DNA of 64,000 nt. Source: an uncultured Pseudomonadota bacterium (GTDB taxonomy: Bacteria > Babelota > Babeliae > Babelales > RVW-14). Position numbers and translations under genes: made by a program. The stretch covers positions 19,393 to 83,392 of the forward strand of contig CAZMQG010000001.1 of the NCBI GenBank assembly GCA_964568625.1, read 5' to 3'. This document shows, piece by piece, positions 1 through 9,697 of this stretch. Below the pieces are notes generated by a model that saw only the letters and a list, made by a program, of their open reading frames with translations, did not search any database and was not told the origin of the DNA. The first letter of the stretch is position 1; every line of letters begins with the position of its first letter.

Positions 1-399
1 TTTTTGTTTATTTTCTTCATCAAATTCAAGTTGAAAAAACATATCTTTTTGCTGAAAAAACTCAAGAGCCAAAGTCCACCAGACTTCATGATTCAATGTG
101 ATATTTAAAAAGCCAGGGCCTGCAATTTCAACTGATTTTATAGCGCCAAAAATTAATGGATTTTCTTCATTTTGTGAAGCAAGTATAATTGCTTGCTGTA
201 TTTCTTGTGCAAGTTGCCGCGGATTTTTTTCAAGTTGTTTTGCTAACATCATCGCTGCATTACAGCTCATATCTCCAAATGTCTTGTCTTTATCAACATT
301 TAAAGCAATGTCCACGCGAGCCATATCCTCATCAGACAAGTTCAACGTTTTCTTGATAACTTGTAACAGTTCAAGTTTAAGTATCGACAAAAGATTCAT
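1..399 (-). CDS. argS: arginine--tRNA ligase, N-terminal 133 codons (gene runs off the left edge)
   Basis: Absent from the ORF track because no stop lies in the window. My minus-strand translation from ATG 399..397: MNLLSILKLELLQVIKKTLNLSDEDMARVDIALNVDKDKTFGDMSCNAAMMLAKQLEKNPRQLAQEIQQ...IKSVEIAGPGFLNITL. FGD-x3-N-x2-M-x-LAK-x5-PRQLA and VEIAGPGF(I/L)N match the ArgS N-terminal domain (compare E. coli ArgS). Confidence 0.8.
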   Translation of the reverse strand, partial: MNLLSILKLELLQVIKKTLNLSDEDMARVDIALNVDKDKTFGDMSCNAAMMLAKQLEKNPRQLAQEIQQAIILASQNEENPLIFGAIKSVEIAGPGFLNITLNHEVWWTLALEFFQQKDMFFQLEFDEENKQK

Positions 400-536
400 A
401 TCCGCATCTTTCAGCTTGAATTATAAGAATTTTTTAGAAAACACAGGCCAAGTACTAAGTTTACCCAATTTTTGCTATTTTACCAGCAAATAGCCAATAG
501 AATGCGCCCCGACCAACATCACACGCTGCATTATTA

Positions 537-3500
537 TTAAGCAAGCCGCGCTTTAAGCATCTCAAAATAAGGAGTTGTTCCATCTAAAATTATGGTTTTA
601 ATCTGCTCTTTATAACCAATGTGTAGATAACTAGTTTTTAAAACACCATCTACAATCCAATCAGAATTCTTACCGACATTAAATTCTGTTTGCAAAAAGT
701 AAATTGTTAAATTAAAGGCAAATCTTATTGAATTTAGATCCTTATAAAAATACCGGGTTCCTGATTTCAATTTAAAACTCTCAGAATCAAATTCGGTTAT
801 CTCTAATTTTTTGTGAAAATCGCTGTTCTTAATACCAGAATAAAGATCAGGATTAGAATTTTTATATCGACTAATACATAAAAATGCAACTTCAAACCGA
901 TGTAGCTCGTTAATATTTAGACCAAGCATATTTTTTATAACAGGATTGGTTTGCGACGGAGATTGAAAATCAACATACACAAAACACCTAGCCAAACTAA
1001 AATAAAAATACTGTTTTGAGGCATTGTCATAATCAGTATTTTTATTTAACTCATAAAATATTCGTGAATTAAAATCATCAACAAAATTATTCTTCTGTTT
1101 ATTAATCTCAGCATAATATTTCAATAAGATTGCGATTCCTAAACCATACAAATCAAAAAGTTGCGAATTTTTCCAAATACGTTGCTGATCTTGAGTCAAA
1201 TTCAATAATTTTAAAATTTCAGCCCACACAAGTTTGGCCGAGGCTACTGACAAATTTGAAACCAACATCTGCCCCAATATTATTTTCATGTCAGTATCAA
1301 GCAATTTAAAATTTCCATTTAATACTTTTAATTTCGTGTTAATTGTCGATTCGCCAGAAGATAAAGAATTAATCAAATCGGTTAAAGCAGTAATTTGAAC
1401 TTTATATTTTGATTGGGCTGCAATAGATTTAACCATAAGCATCTCTGAAAATTTTTTCAGTATTTTTTCGGTTTCACTTCTAAGTACATGAGCAATTCCA
1501 GGTTCATCTTCAACAGTTATATAACCACCACCTAAAACATAAAACTTTGAATCATCAAGGGCATTCATGCTTTGCATAATTTGATAAATATTTTGCCAAA
1601 CCACACTTGCAAGTTGCTCCGTAGAAATAAAATCTCCACCATTAAATTTATCTGCAATTTTCGTAAAATTAGTTGATTTGAAATATAAATTGTGAATTAA
1701 ATAAATCAAAATATAAGATAAATTCAACTTTTGAGTTTCATCAAGTACTGGATCATTAAAATAAAAAGATTCTACAAAATCAATTCTTAATTTATCTATA
1801 TTTTTTTTCTCAAATTTCAGTTTTGCGACTCCATTTGCAATATCATCTTTAACCCGATTACTAACTAAAGAAAATTTTTCTGCTACTATTCTTAAATCAT
1901 CTGTCGTATTTTTTTTGCCATCAAAATTTTTAATTATCGAAAAAACCTCTTTTCCCGCTATTTTTTGCACATCATCCTTTGGCTCTATGCCTGTATCAAT
2001 TTGTTCACCTGATAGCTTCTTTTTTAAAACTACTAATTTTTGTTGCAACTCATTTAATTTAAATTTAAAATTACCCAGTAATACTTTTAATTTTTTTAGT
2101 TTAGTTTTTAACGCTCTAGATGCATCTTCCCCTAACCCCGTTTTTGTAATAGCAAAACTTGTACCTGAAGTAACATATTTTTCAAATTTATCAAAATCTA
2201 GATTTAACAAATAATCTTTCAATGACAGCTTTTCTTTTGTAGCACTTCCAGCCGTTTTTAAAACTTGTTTTATATCGCTCTGATGTAAGTTTTTTAGTTC
2301 AGAAATGCGGTGAACATACGCATCCAAATCCAATTTAGTAAAATCCCCCAATCCGAATGAGCCAAGTTTATCGCTAAAATCTTCTGGAGATATTTTGGTA
2401 AATTTCCACAAAGCATTAGCCATCGGTTTATCGGTTTTATAAAGACTGGAATCCGTCGTAAAATTCCAATATTCACCCGCAAATTCAAACGCTATATAAA
2501 CATTGGATTTATCAGTTCTTCCATCAAAACTTGTTTTTATAAATACATTGTGAAGCGTTATTTTTTCGTTTTTATTTAAAGACAAGGCTTTTTTGAAATC
2601 ACCACTGCTTGAACCCAAAACTTTATCAAAGTCATTATATCCACATAATTCTTTGATAAAAAAAGTTTTTTGACTTTCTCTTCCTTGCAAATTCAAAAAA
2701 GAGTTGCGTATAAAGCTCAAAATACCAGTTTTCACGCCTCCTGCCATAACAGCACTTTCAATACTCACTTTTGAAAGTAAATGCAATGCATCACCACGTT
2801 GCATTGAGATAATTGATGGATAAAAATATAAAGGACTGGAAGCCTTAGTCCAATCAATATTAATACTATCAGTTGTTGGAAAATATGAGCTCCATGTTTT
2901 TAACCAATCAGGAACTGGCATATAATTTTTATGCAAAACCACACCAATCATTTTTTCACTCAATTGAATATTTCCATTATCAATATCAATTTTTTTGGGA
3001 GAAATTTTAAGTTCAACAGAAGTAATTGCAGGATATAAAAGTAAAGCTAATTTTTGATTAACATCTATGGTCGCCATTTGTGACTCGGAAAACTTCATTT
3101 TTTTTAATTTGGTTCTTTTTTTCCAATTCGATAGTTCAGTTTCAAATTCTGGCTTAGCCAAAACTTTAGCAATACTTGCATCAGTTATCTTTTGTATATC
3201 AGGATCAATGTCAAAATATTGAAACCACCCAACATTTGGAATCAAAACTTGGGGAATGTTGTTTATACCTAATCCACTTAAAAACCAATAATTCGAAAGT
3301 GTAAGTTTTTTCAAAACTCCTTTTAACCACGACTGTTTATCACCTTTTCTCCAATGCATCTCAAGAGCCTGAAAAAATCCATTTACATCTATGCTTGGGT
3401 CAATCAATTCCCCTGACTCAATTTTTTCCGGGTGGCTCGAAATAATGGGGGCGTCCGAAACAGCCGAAATAATCAAGATGTATTTAAGATTCATAGAAAC

Positions 3501-4307
3501 TTTTTGATCATCCAAATCTTTTCTAAACTGCATAAAATCAAGATTTTGTCCTCCGGATGAACATGTAAAAATTAAAACAGTATTAATATAAAGTTCATTT
3601 AAGAAATTCAAAACATCTGTAACTAAACTACTTTCAAGCCCAGCAATAGCTTGTCCAACATTTCCATGCCCATTCAAAACAATATTAACAGGGCGCAAAA
3701 AAGATGTTAGCTTTACATCAACAAGATCATCTGAGTTTTTAGTGATATTTTGTCTAAATTGCTCAAATCTAGAATCTTCATGCAAATCGCTTTCAGTAAC
3801 AAAAATATTTTTAAAAGAATCCAAGTTATACAAAGGATTTGGGGAATTATAATCTCTTATCTTCAAAAAATTATTGTCTTTATAAGAGTCAATTGGAATC
3901 CACTTAGATGCGTCATAAATTTTTATAATATTTGATTTTTCAACATCGTCTTTTCGAATTTTTAAAACAAGCGCAAAAAAATCCGTATCTTTTATTCCAT
4001 AAACCATCCAATCATCCGGCTTAAAATCTATGGACGCAAAAAAAACATCCTTACTCAGTCGTTTTTCAACAAAAATTTTCAAAATATTAACTGAGGCAAT
4101 TATAATATCAGACGCTTTTTGATGTATGTTTATAGCAAGCCCATTAGTAATAGCAAGCTTAGCAGAAGATACTTTTTCAGCCTTAAAAGAATCTATGTAA
4201 AATGCAACTCTTAGTGGCTTAGGGTCCCCAACTGTTTTTGCTGCAAAAATATTTGAATTTACAACAAAAAAAAATATACAAAACAACCCAACCGCCAACT
4301 TGCACAT
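537..4307 (-). CDS. giant secreted hypothetical protein (1256 aa) with clan-CD-peptidase-like His/Cys motif pair and a coiled-coil-like segment
   Basis: Uninterrupted 3.8-kb ORF. Signal-like N-terminus MCKLAVGLFCIFFFVVNSNIFAA. Hydrophobic strand plus HG (RPVNIVLNGHGNVG, His codon 3668..3666) is followed 35 aa later by hydrophobic strand plus C (NTVLIFTCSSGG, Cys codon 3563..3561). K/L-rich stretch KTKLKKLKVLLGNFKFKLNELQQKLVVLKKKL. No family recognised by eye. Confidence 0.55.
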   Translation of the reverse strand: MCKLAVGLFCIFFFVVNSNIFAAKTVGDPKPLRVAFYIDSFKAEKVSSAKLAITNGLAINIHQKASDIIIASVNILKIFVEKRLSKDVFFASIDFKPDDWMVYGIKDTDFFALVLKIRKDDVEKSNIIKIYDASKWIPIDSYKDNNFLKIRDYNSPNPLYNLDSFKNIFVTESDLHEDSRFEQFRQNITKNSDDLVDVKLTSFLRPVNIVLNGHGNVGQAIAGLESSLVTDVLNFLNELYINTVLIFTCSSGGQNLDFMQFRKDLDDQKVSMNLKYILIISAVSDAPIISSHPEKIESGELIDPSIDVNGFFQALEMHWRKGDKQSWLKGVLKKLTLSNYWFLSGLGINNIPQVLIPNVGWFQYFDIDPDIQKITDASIAKVLAKPEFETELSNWKKRTKLKKMKFSESQMATIDVNQKLALLLYPAITSVELKISPKKIDIDNGNIQLSEKMIGVVLHKNYMPVPDWLKTWSSYFPTTDSINIDWTKASSPLYFYPSIISMQRGDALHLLSKVSIESAVMAGGVKTGILSFIRNSFLNLQGRESQKTFFIKELCGYNDFDKVLGSSSGDFKKALSLNKNEKITLHNVFIKTSFDGRTDKSNVYIAFEFAGEYWNFTTDSSLYKTDKPMANALWKFTKISPEDFSDKLGSFGLGDFTKLDLDAYVHRISELKNLHQSDIKQVLKTAGSATKEKLSLKDYLLNLDFDKFEKYVTSGTSFAITKTGLGEDASRALKTKLKKLKVLLGNFKFKLNELQQKLVVLKKKLSGEQIDTGIEPKDDVQKIAGKEVFSIIKNFDGKKNTTDDLRIVAEKFSLVSNRVKDDIANGVAKLKFEKKNIDKLRIDFVESFYFNDPVLDETQKLNLSYILIYLIHNLYFKSTNFTKIADKFNGGDFISTEQLASVVWQNIYQIMQSMNALDDSKFYVLGGGYITVEDEPGIAHVLRSETEKILKKFSEMLMVKSIAAQSKYKVQITALTDLINSLSSGESTINTKLKVLNGNFKLLDTDMKIILGQMLVSNLSVASAKLVWAEILKLLNLTQDQQRIWKNSQLFDLYGLGIAILLKYYAEINKQKNNFVDDFNSRIFYELNKNTDYDNASKQYFYFSLARCFVYVDFQSPSQTNPVIKNMLGLNINELHRFEVAFLCISRYKNSNPDLYSGIKNSDFHKKLEITEFDSESFKLKSGTRYFYKDLNSIRFAFNLTIYFLQTEFNVGKNSDWIVDGVLKTSYLHIGYKEQIKTIILDGTTPYFEMLKARLA

Positions 4308-4352
4308 ACAGACTCCTTGGCTCGAAATAACAATTCAAATATTTTTTAAAAA

Positions 4353-5810
4353 CTAAAAATTCAATTTAATTTGCACGCTCAGGGTCCCACCAAACATGTC
4401 AGTTTTAAAAGTATGCTTTCCATAAAATGGATAGTCATATTCCAGAAAAATAGTTGGGCAAACTGATTTTAATTCAAGAGTATATCCACCAATAAAATGT
4501 AGTGCATAGTATTCCCAATCTTTAAGTTTTTGATCGGAATTAACAATATCATTAACCGAAACAACATTTGGCCATACATTGTTTGCAGGATAATATTGAT
4601 TAAGCTGTTGTTGAGAATAATTTTTTAATAAATTATCATCATGAATCGTAATAATAGTATCCTCCTGGCGCGTATAAGATGCTCCAATTTTTGCTATTAC
4701 TCCCTTAAACCCTAACTGAGCATATGCACCAACATCCCATTGAGCACCATAATCAACCTTGCCAAAACTTGGTTCAAGTAATATCCATCCATCTTGGTTT
4801 TTATCAGTTTTAACTCGTAAATCACGTTCTTGAGTAAAAAATACCAACCCACCGGCGTTGGCGCCAACACCAAGAAAATCAAAAACCTGAACATACAAAT
4901 TTATGCGTCCATCAATAGCCGTAGAATCCGCAGACCCAAGTGGAACCGCAAATGGCTTGGATAAATCAGTTTTACCTGATGTTGGAATAAGTACGCCAAT
5001 TTGAGCTTCAGCGCTTATCCTTTTAAAGATGGGAGATTGAGGATCCCCAGAACCATGCCAACCTGCAGATAAAAGAATGTCACCAACTCCGGACTTTTTG
5101 AAAGTATCTTGCCAATTGCTATTGAAAGTCATTGCAGCCAAAACATTATTCAGAGTGCCAGATTTTTCTTGCATAAAATCTTTAACATTTACAGTAGTCG
5201 GAGCCTTACTTTTCGTACCATCCCAAATATCTGCACCCGTTAAAGTATCGCTACCAAGATTATTATATGTAATCTTATCTATCTTCACATCCCGATATGG
5301 AATATACGCCTGAATAAAAAATCCCCAAAAAAGATCCTGCTTAAATGTAAAATCCCATTCGTCAATTTCAAAATGCCCACTATATTCAATTAAGCCATCG
5401 TTTGGGGTACTTTTTGTATAATTTGGAGGGAAAATAATCGTTTCTTTTGTTTTATCATACTTTCCCAAAACTGTAGGCGGAATGTAATTCGCACCACCCC
5501 AGTATCCAGTCATATCTTTTCCCAAAGAGTCTATTACAGTGTTTGGGCTATCTACATAGCATCCAATATTTGTAATATCCATATATCCATGCGCAGATAG
5601 CAATGGACGTCCATCATTATGTGTATCCCATGCCTTATGAGTACTTCCATGGCCATAACGTATGGATAGACCGGTTGTATATTTATCATACGCGTTATTA
5701 AAAGATTCTTGGAAAAATGGAGTCCGATAAAATTGTGGCAAATCAATTGCATTCAAAACACTCCCATAAACCAAGAAAAAAATGAGTCCATTTTTAAAAC
5801 TAAATCTCAT
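4353..5810 (-). CDS. outer-membrane beta-barrel protein (porin/MOMP-like), family unassigned
   Basis: Start trimmed to ATG 5810, which has an AAGGA SD 7 nt upstream, versus ORF-track start 5879. Signal peptide MRFSFKNGLIFFLVYGSVLNA. Alternating hydrophobic/aromatic strand pattern throughout. C-terminus ...GGTLSVQIKLNF ends in Phe, as in OM beta-barrels. Sits 45 nt upstream of the 1256-aa gene on the same strand. Confidence 0.6.
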   Translation of the reverse strand: MRFSFKNGLIFFLVYGSVLNAIDLPQFYRTPFFQESFNNAYDKYTTGLSIRYGHGSTHKAWDTHNDGRPLLSAHGYMDITNIGCYVDSPNTVIDSLGKDMTGYWGGANYIPPTVLGKYDKTKETIIFPPNYTKSTPNDGLIEYSGHFEIDEWDFTFKQDLFWGFFIQAYIPYRDVKIDKITYNNLGSDTLTGADIWDGTKSKAPTTVNVKDFMQEKSGTLNNVLAAMTFNSNWQDTFKKSGVGDILLSAGWHGSGDPQSPIFKRISAEAQIGVLIPTSGKTDLSKPFAVPLGSADSTAIDGRINLYVQVFDFLGVGANAGGLVFFTQERDLRVKTDKNQDGWILLEPSFGKVDYGAQWDVGAYAQLGFKGVIAKIGASYTRQEDTIITIHDDNLLKNYSQQQLNQYYPANNVWPNVVSVNDIVNSDQKLKDWEYYALHFIGGYTLELKSVCPTIFLEYDYPFYGKHTFKTDMFGGTLSVQIKLNF

Positions 5811-5994
5811 AAACATATCCTTACAACAACTAAAATTAATAATATTTTTTAGAAGCTGAATTATGGTAGTCAAACGCATTAATGAAATGCAAGAAAATGT
5901 ATGTTTAGTTAGAAAATGAGATTTTTAAGGCTAATTTTAATATTTATTTAGCCCCGATTTCTTAACTTTAAAATAATTTTGATCCTATCTATAA

Positions 5995-6816
5995 TTACAT
6001 AATATGATGCTTATAATATTTAAGTATTTTGGCTCTAGTTTTAGAGGCATTTATAGGATACCCCCAATCACTCCATCCGTCTTTTAACGCAGGATAAGGC
6101 GCAATAATTGGATTAACCCATTCATCAAAAAAATTCACACCCTCAAGCATGCCAGGATAATATGGTACAGGATCACCAATTTTATGATCAGGCAAATAGC
6201 CTAAACCTTTTACATCTGCAACTGAAATTAAAATGCACATTTTTACCAATTCTAGGCTTATGGGATAATTTAGCTGAACAGTCATACTTTTTAAAAATTT
6301 TAGGTAGCGTTTAACACTTATACGTTTTCGCATAACATCGCCAAATTTATAATGCATTCCAACCAGAATAGCAACAAGACGCATATCAACATCCCGCAGC
6401 CCAAATTCTTCACCAATGTTTTTAAAATCCAAATTGTTCAGCTTTGGAATATTGCGAGATTGATACGCCTTACACCCAGTCAAATAATCAAAACCCACTT
6501 CAGGATGCGAACTTTTTCCCTTCCAATCAAATTTATTATCACCACACTTTCCAATGTCATGAAGAAAAGCCGCTAAAACCAAAATATTTTTGTATTTTTT
6601 TATGTCTATCCCAACAGTCCAAGGGTATTCTTTATTTTGCAACCAAGAGGCAACCGTTCTTAAAACCCAAATTGAATGCTCATAAACATCTCCGGAATGA
6701 TATGAATGATCATCACTTTTATAAAACTGCATATCTTTCATTAAATCTTTTATTGCAAAACATGAACAAAAAATAAAAATAAACAATATCAATGCCAAAC
6801 ATTTTTTAATACACAT
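5995..6816 (-). CDS. HD-domain (HDIG-type) metal-dependent phosphohydrolase with N-terminal signal/lipoprotein-like peptide
   Basis: H...HD...H pattern: GDVYEHSIWV, AAFLHDIGKCG, SSHPEVG. N-terminus MCIKKCLALILFIFIFCSCFA. GGGGGAG SD immediately upstream. Confidence 0.6.
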   Translation of the reverse strand: MCIKKCLALILFIFIFCSCFAIKDLMKDMQFYKSDDHSYHSGDVYEHSIWVLRTVASWLQNKEYPWTVGIDIKKYKNILVLAAFLHDIGKCGDNKFDWKGKSSHPEVGFDYLTGCKAYQSRNIPKLNNLDFKNIGEEFGLRDVDMRLVAILVGMHYKFGDVMRKRISVKRYLKFLKSMTVQLNYPISLELVKMCILISVADVKGLGYLPDHKIGDPVPYYPGMLEGVNFFDEWVNPIIAPYPALKDGWSDWGYPINASKTRAKILKYYKHHIM

Positions 6817-7008
6817 TACTCCCCCTTCAATATTTAACCATTAATTCATGGTACTAAAGTTCAATAAATAAAAGCAATAAACAGTATTATGAAGCCTTTA
6901 AACATAACTCAAAGATTATTCCTAAAATATTGCTTTTTTTCTTATCAGTCAGTTAAGAAAAAGCACAGTTGTTTTTATTTTTCATAAAATTTATCCGCAA
7001 AGGGGACT

Positions 7009-8112
7009 ATGATGAAAATGAATTTTTTAGGCTTATATTACGTTATTTTTTCCATTTTTTTTATATCCATATTTGATTCAGTTAAACCAAACCGAACCAG
7101 AATAAAATTTTTAGATAATAATGTTTTTTTATTTACTCACCGCAAAAGTGTATATATGCATAACATAAGAGGTAATACACAAGAATTATATTACAACTTC
7201 ACTGACTCAGGCGTTATAAAAGATATATTCAGCTTACACCAAACCGATATTAACATCTCTATTGAGAACTCACTCCTGCCTGATTGTTTCGTAACACTTC
7301 CCGAAATTAAAAAATTTACTTTAAGTAAATATGAAAAGTCATCATATGATAGATTATTTATTACAAGAAATGGGAAAACTCTTGTAACAATAAAAACGCC
7401 TTTTCTCGTACAATGTTTTGACACCGAACTAAGTAAAGAAGCAATAGAAAATAATTTTTCTGACATTCTTGGTAATGATGGATTAAGTCCAAGTGAGTTA
7501 AAAGATAATCTAAGGGATATCGACGCAACAGATGACGGACGAGTTGTGGTTTTAAATTTTTATCGAGGAGGGAAATTATGTACATGGTTTCCTGCAACCA
7601 ACCAAATTCGTACAGTAACCTCCGGATTGGGCAGTGATTATTTTTTCGATTTTGCCCTATCTCCAAATGGAGAAAGACTTTTTTCAATCTCATCAGGGGG
7701 AGAGCTATGGAATATTCAATATGGAAAGTTTGAATTTATTTTTCGCTGGGATGAGTATCTAAACGATTTTGTATCTTATCAATGGAAACAAAACTTCGAT
7801 ACAAACGTATACTATCGTCCACGACCATGTTTATATGATCCCATAAAAAAAATATGCGGCTCTATAAAAAAAGCAATTTTTTCCGAAAATTCCAATTTTC
7901 TTTTCTTACTTATTAGCGCAGAGGAAAGAACTAAGCCTTCTGCTGACTGGACTATAAAAATTTTTGATATTCAAAGGGCATCCTTTTTAAAAACAATTTC
8001 AGTAGAAAATTTGCACGAATATCCAGAAGAAATGGCCATCACGCCTGATGGAAAAACTTTAGTCATCATTGATCGAGATGCAAATGTAATAAAAACCCAA
8101 ATCGATAATTAA
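7009..8112 (+). CDS. secreted beta-propeller-like protein (PD40/WD40-like repeats)
   Basis: Hydrophobic N-terminus MMKMNFLGLYYVIFSIFFISIF. Recurrent blade-like motifs LSPNGERLFSISSGGELW, ATDDGRVVVLNF and ITPDGKTLVIIDRDANVI. AGGGGA SD upstream. Confidence 0.45.
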   Translation: MMKMNFLGLYYVIFSIFFISIFDSVKPNRTRIKFLDNNVFLFTHRKSVYMHNIRGNTQELYYNFTDSGVIKDIFSLHQTDINISIENSLLPDCFVTLPEIKKFTLSKYEKSSYDRLFITRNGKTLVTIKTPFLVQCFDTELSKEAIENNFSDILGNDGLSPSELKDNLRDIDATDDGRVVVLNFYRGGKLCTWFPATNQIRTVTSGLGSDYFFDFALSPNGERLFSISSGGELWNIQYGKFEFIFRWDEYLNDFVSYQWKQNFDTNVYYRPRPCLYDPIKKICGSIKKAIFSENSNFLFLLISAEERTKPSADWTIKIFDIQRASFLKTISVENLHEYPEEMAITPDGKTLVIIDRDANVIKTQIDN

Positions 8113-8312
8113 TCCAAATATTTAATATAAAGACATTAGTGCATGCAAACGCTCATTAGCAAGGGCATTTAAACCATCGTTTTTTATTAAAATAAGTAAA
8201 TATGGGTAAAATTCTCTAGATTTTTATTAAATCCTAAGCTAGGCTTATAGCTTGTTATTTTTGGGGTATTTGTTTATTTTTTTAATATTTTTCCATTTTT
8301 TAAGGAGTTTTT

Positions 8313-9614
8313 ATGTTTCATGCGATTAAGCGCGCTCTGTGGGGCGACATTTCAGGAGAAGAGTTCAAACGGTTTGGACTATTATCTCTGACATTTTTGT
8401 TCATTATTGGTACATATTGGTTGATGAGACCTCTAAAAGACGGTCTTTTTATTAAGATTGTTGGCGCAAGCTACATTCCTTGGGCAAAAATTGCATCTTT
8501 CCTATTTATTGTTCCACTAATTTTGATCTACTCCAAGTTGGTTGACTTAGTCGCAAAACAAAAGCTCTTTTACATTATATGCACATTTTACGCATTACTA
8601 TTCTTTTTAATTTCATTTGCTCTAAGACACCCTACTATCGGACTTGCAAACACAGTTCCTGGTGCAGATAGACTTCTTGGTTGGATTATATATCTTTCAA
8701 TCGAAAGTTTTGGTTCTTTAGTAGTTGCGTTATTTTGGTCATTTGTTGCAAGTTCAACAGATACGTCATCTGCTAAAAAAGGTTATGCCCTAATTATTTC
8801 AGGCGCACAACTTGGTTCTATTGCCGGACCATTTTTGGCAAGTAATGCAAAAAGCTTTGGAATGCCTTTGTTAACAATTTTTGTTGCAATCGGAATCCTA
8901 ATTGTTCCTATGCTCATCAAATTGTTTATCACAGTTAACCCAAGCGCAGCTGAAGTAGCCCCTACTTCAACAGAAAAGAAAACCGGAATTATTGAAGGAT
9001 TAAAACTTCTTCTAACAAGACCATATTTGGCAGGTATTCTTGGCGTTGCAACATTGTACGAAATTATCGGAACAATCATCGACTATCAAATGAAGATGTC
9101 AGCTGAACAGGCTTTCCCTACCCCAGAAGCAATCACACAATTCCTTGGAAACTTTGGTATGGCTGCCAACAGCTTGGCACTTGTATTTGCATTAGTTGGA
9201 ACAAGCTTTTTCATCAGAAAGTTTGGGTTAACATTCTGCTTAGTTGCATTCCCAGTAACAATCGGAATCGTTGTTGGATGTGTATGGGCAATTCCAGGAA
9301 TCTGGGTATTGTTTGGAGCAATGGTTGCAATCAAGGGATTGAGCTATGCATTAAATAATCCATGCAAAGAAATTATGTACATCCCAACAAGTAAAGATGC
9401 TAAATTCAAAGCAAAAGGTTGGATTGATATGTTTGGTGGAAGATCCGCAAAAGCAGCCGGATCAGGCATCAACGCATTCTTTACAACTTTGTCAGAATTA
9501 ATGTTCTTCGGTTCAATCATCTCTCTTGGAATCGTAGGAATCTGGATTGTAGTTGCATTGTATGTCGGTAAGACAAACAAAAAACTTACAGAATCAGGTA
9601 CTATTATTAGCTAA
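8313..9614 (+). CDS. tlc: TLC-family nucleotide (ATP/ADP) transporter
   Basis: Polytopic membrane protein. The N-terminal region EEFKRFGLLSLTFLFIIGTYWLMRPLKDGLFIKIVGASYIPWAKIASFLFIVPLILIYSKLVD follows the TLC/NTT signature (F-x-Y-x-LR-x-KD ... G-A-E-x-IP-F-x-K ... Y-x-KL). At 433 aa it is shorter than canonical ~500-aa Tlc proteins. AAGGAG SD. Confidence 0.75.
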   Translation: MFHAIKRALWGDISGEEFKRFGLLSLTFLFIIGTYWLMRPLKDGLFIKIVGASYIPWAKIASFLFIVPLILIYSKLVDLVAKQKLFYIICTFYALLFFLISFALRHPTIGLANTVPGADRLLGWIIYLSIESFGSLVVALFWSFVASSTDTSSAKKGYALIISGAQLGSIAGPFLASNAKSFGMPLLTIFVAIGILIVPMLIKLFITVNPSAAEVAPTSTEKKTGIIEGLKLLLTRPYLAGILGVATLYEIIGTIIDYQMKMSAEQAFPTPEAITQFLGNFGMAANSLALVFALVGTSFFIRKFGLTFCLVAFPVTIGIVVGCVWAIPGIWVLFGAMVAIKGLSYALNNPCKEIMYIPTSKDAKFKAKGWIDMFGGRSAKAAGSGINAFFTTLSELMFFGSIISLGIVGIWIVVALYVGKTNKKLTESGTIIS

Positions 9615-9640
9615 GTTAGCTAATTGATAGCAAAATTTTA

Positions 9641-9678
9641 GGGCAGAGAAATCGTAAATGAAATCTCTGCCCTTTTTC
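9641..9678 (+). terminator. rho-independent terminator after the nucleotide transporter
   Basis: GGGCAGAGA (9641-9649) pairs with TCTCTGCCC (9664-9672), followed by TTTTTC. Confidence 0.7.
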
Positions 9679-9697
9679 TATGTTATAAAAAAATAAC

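Noticed and set aside
98-493. 131-aa plus-strand ORF from the track
   Set aside because: It lies antisense to a clear ArgS N-terminal coding region (minus strand, 399..1). The peptide is low-complexity with no SD, so it is a mirror-frame artefact.
6931-6965. AT-rich hairpin TGCTTTTTTTCTTA...TAAGAAAAAGCA in the divergent promoter region between the HD-domain and propeller genes
   Set aside because: No gene ends here, so it is not a terminator. The stem is almost all A/T with a 2-nt bulge, which is insufficient to call a regulatory site.
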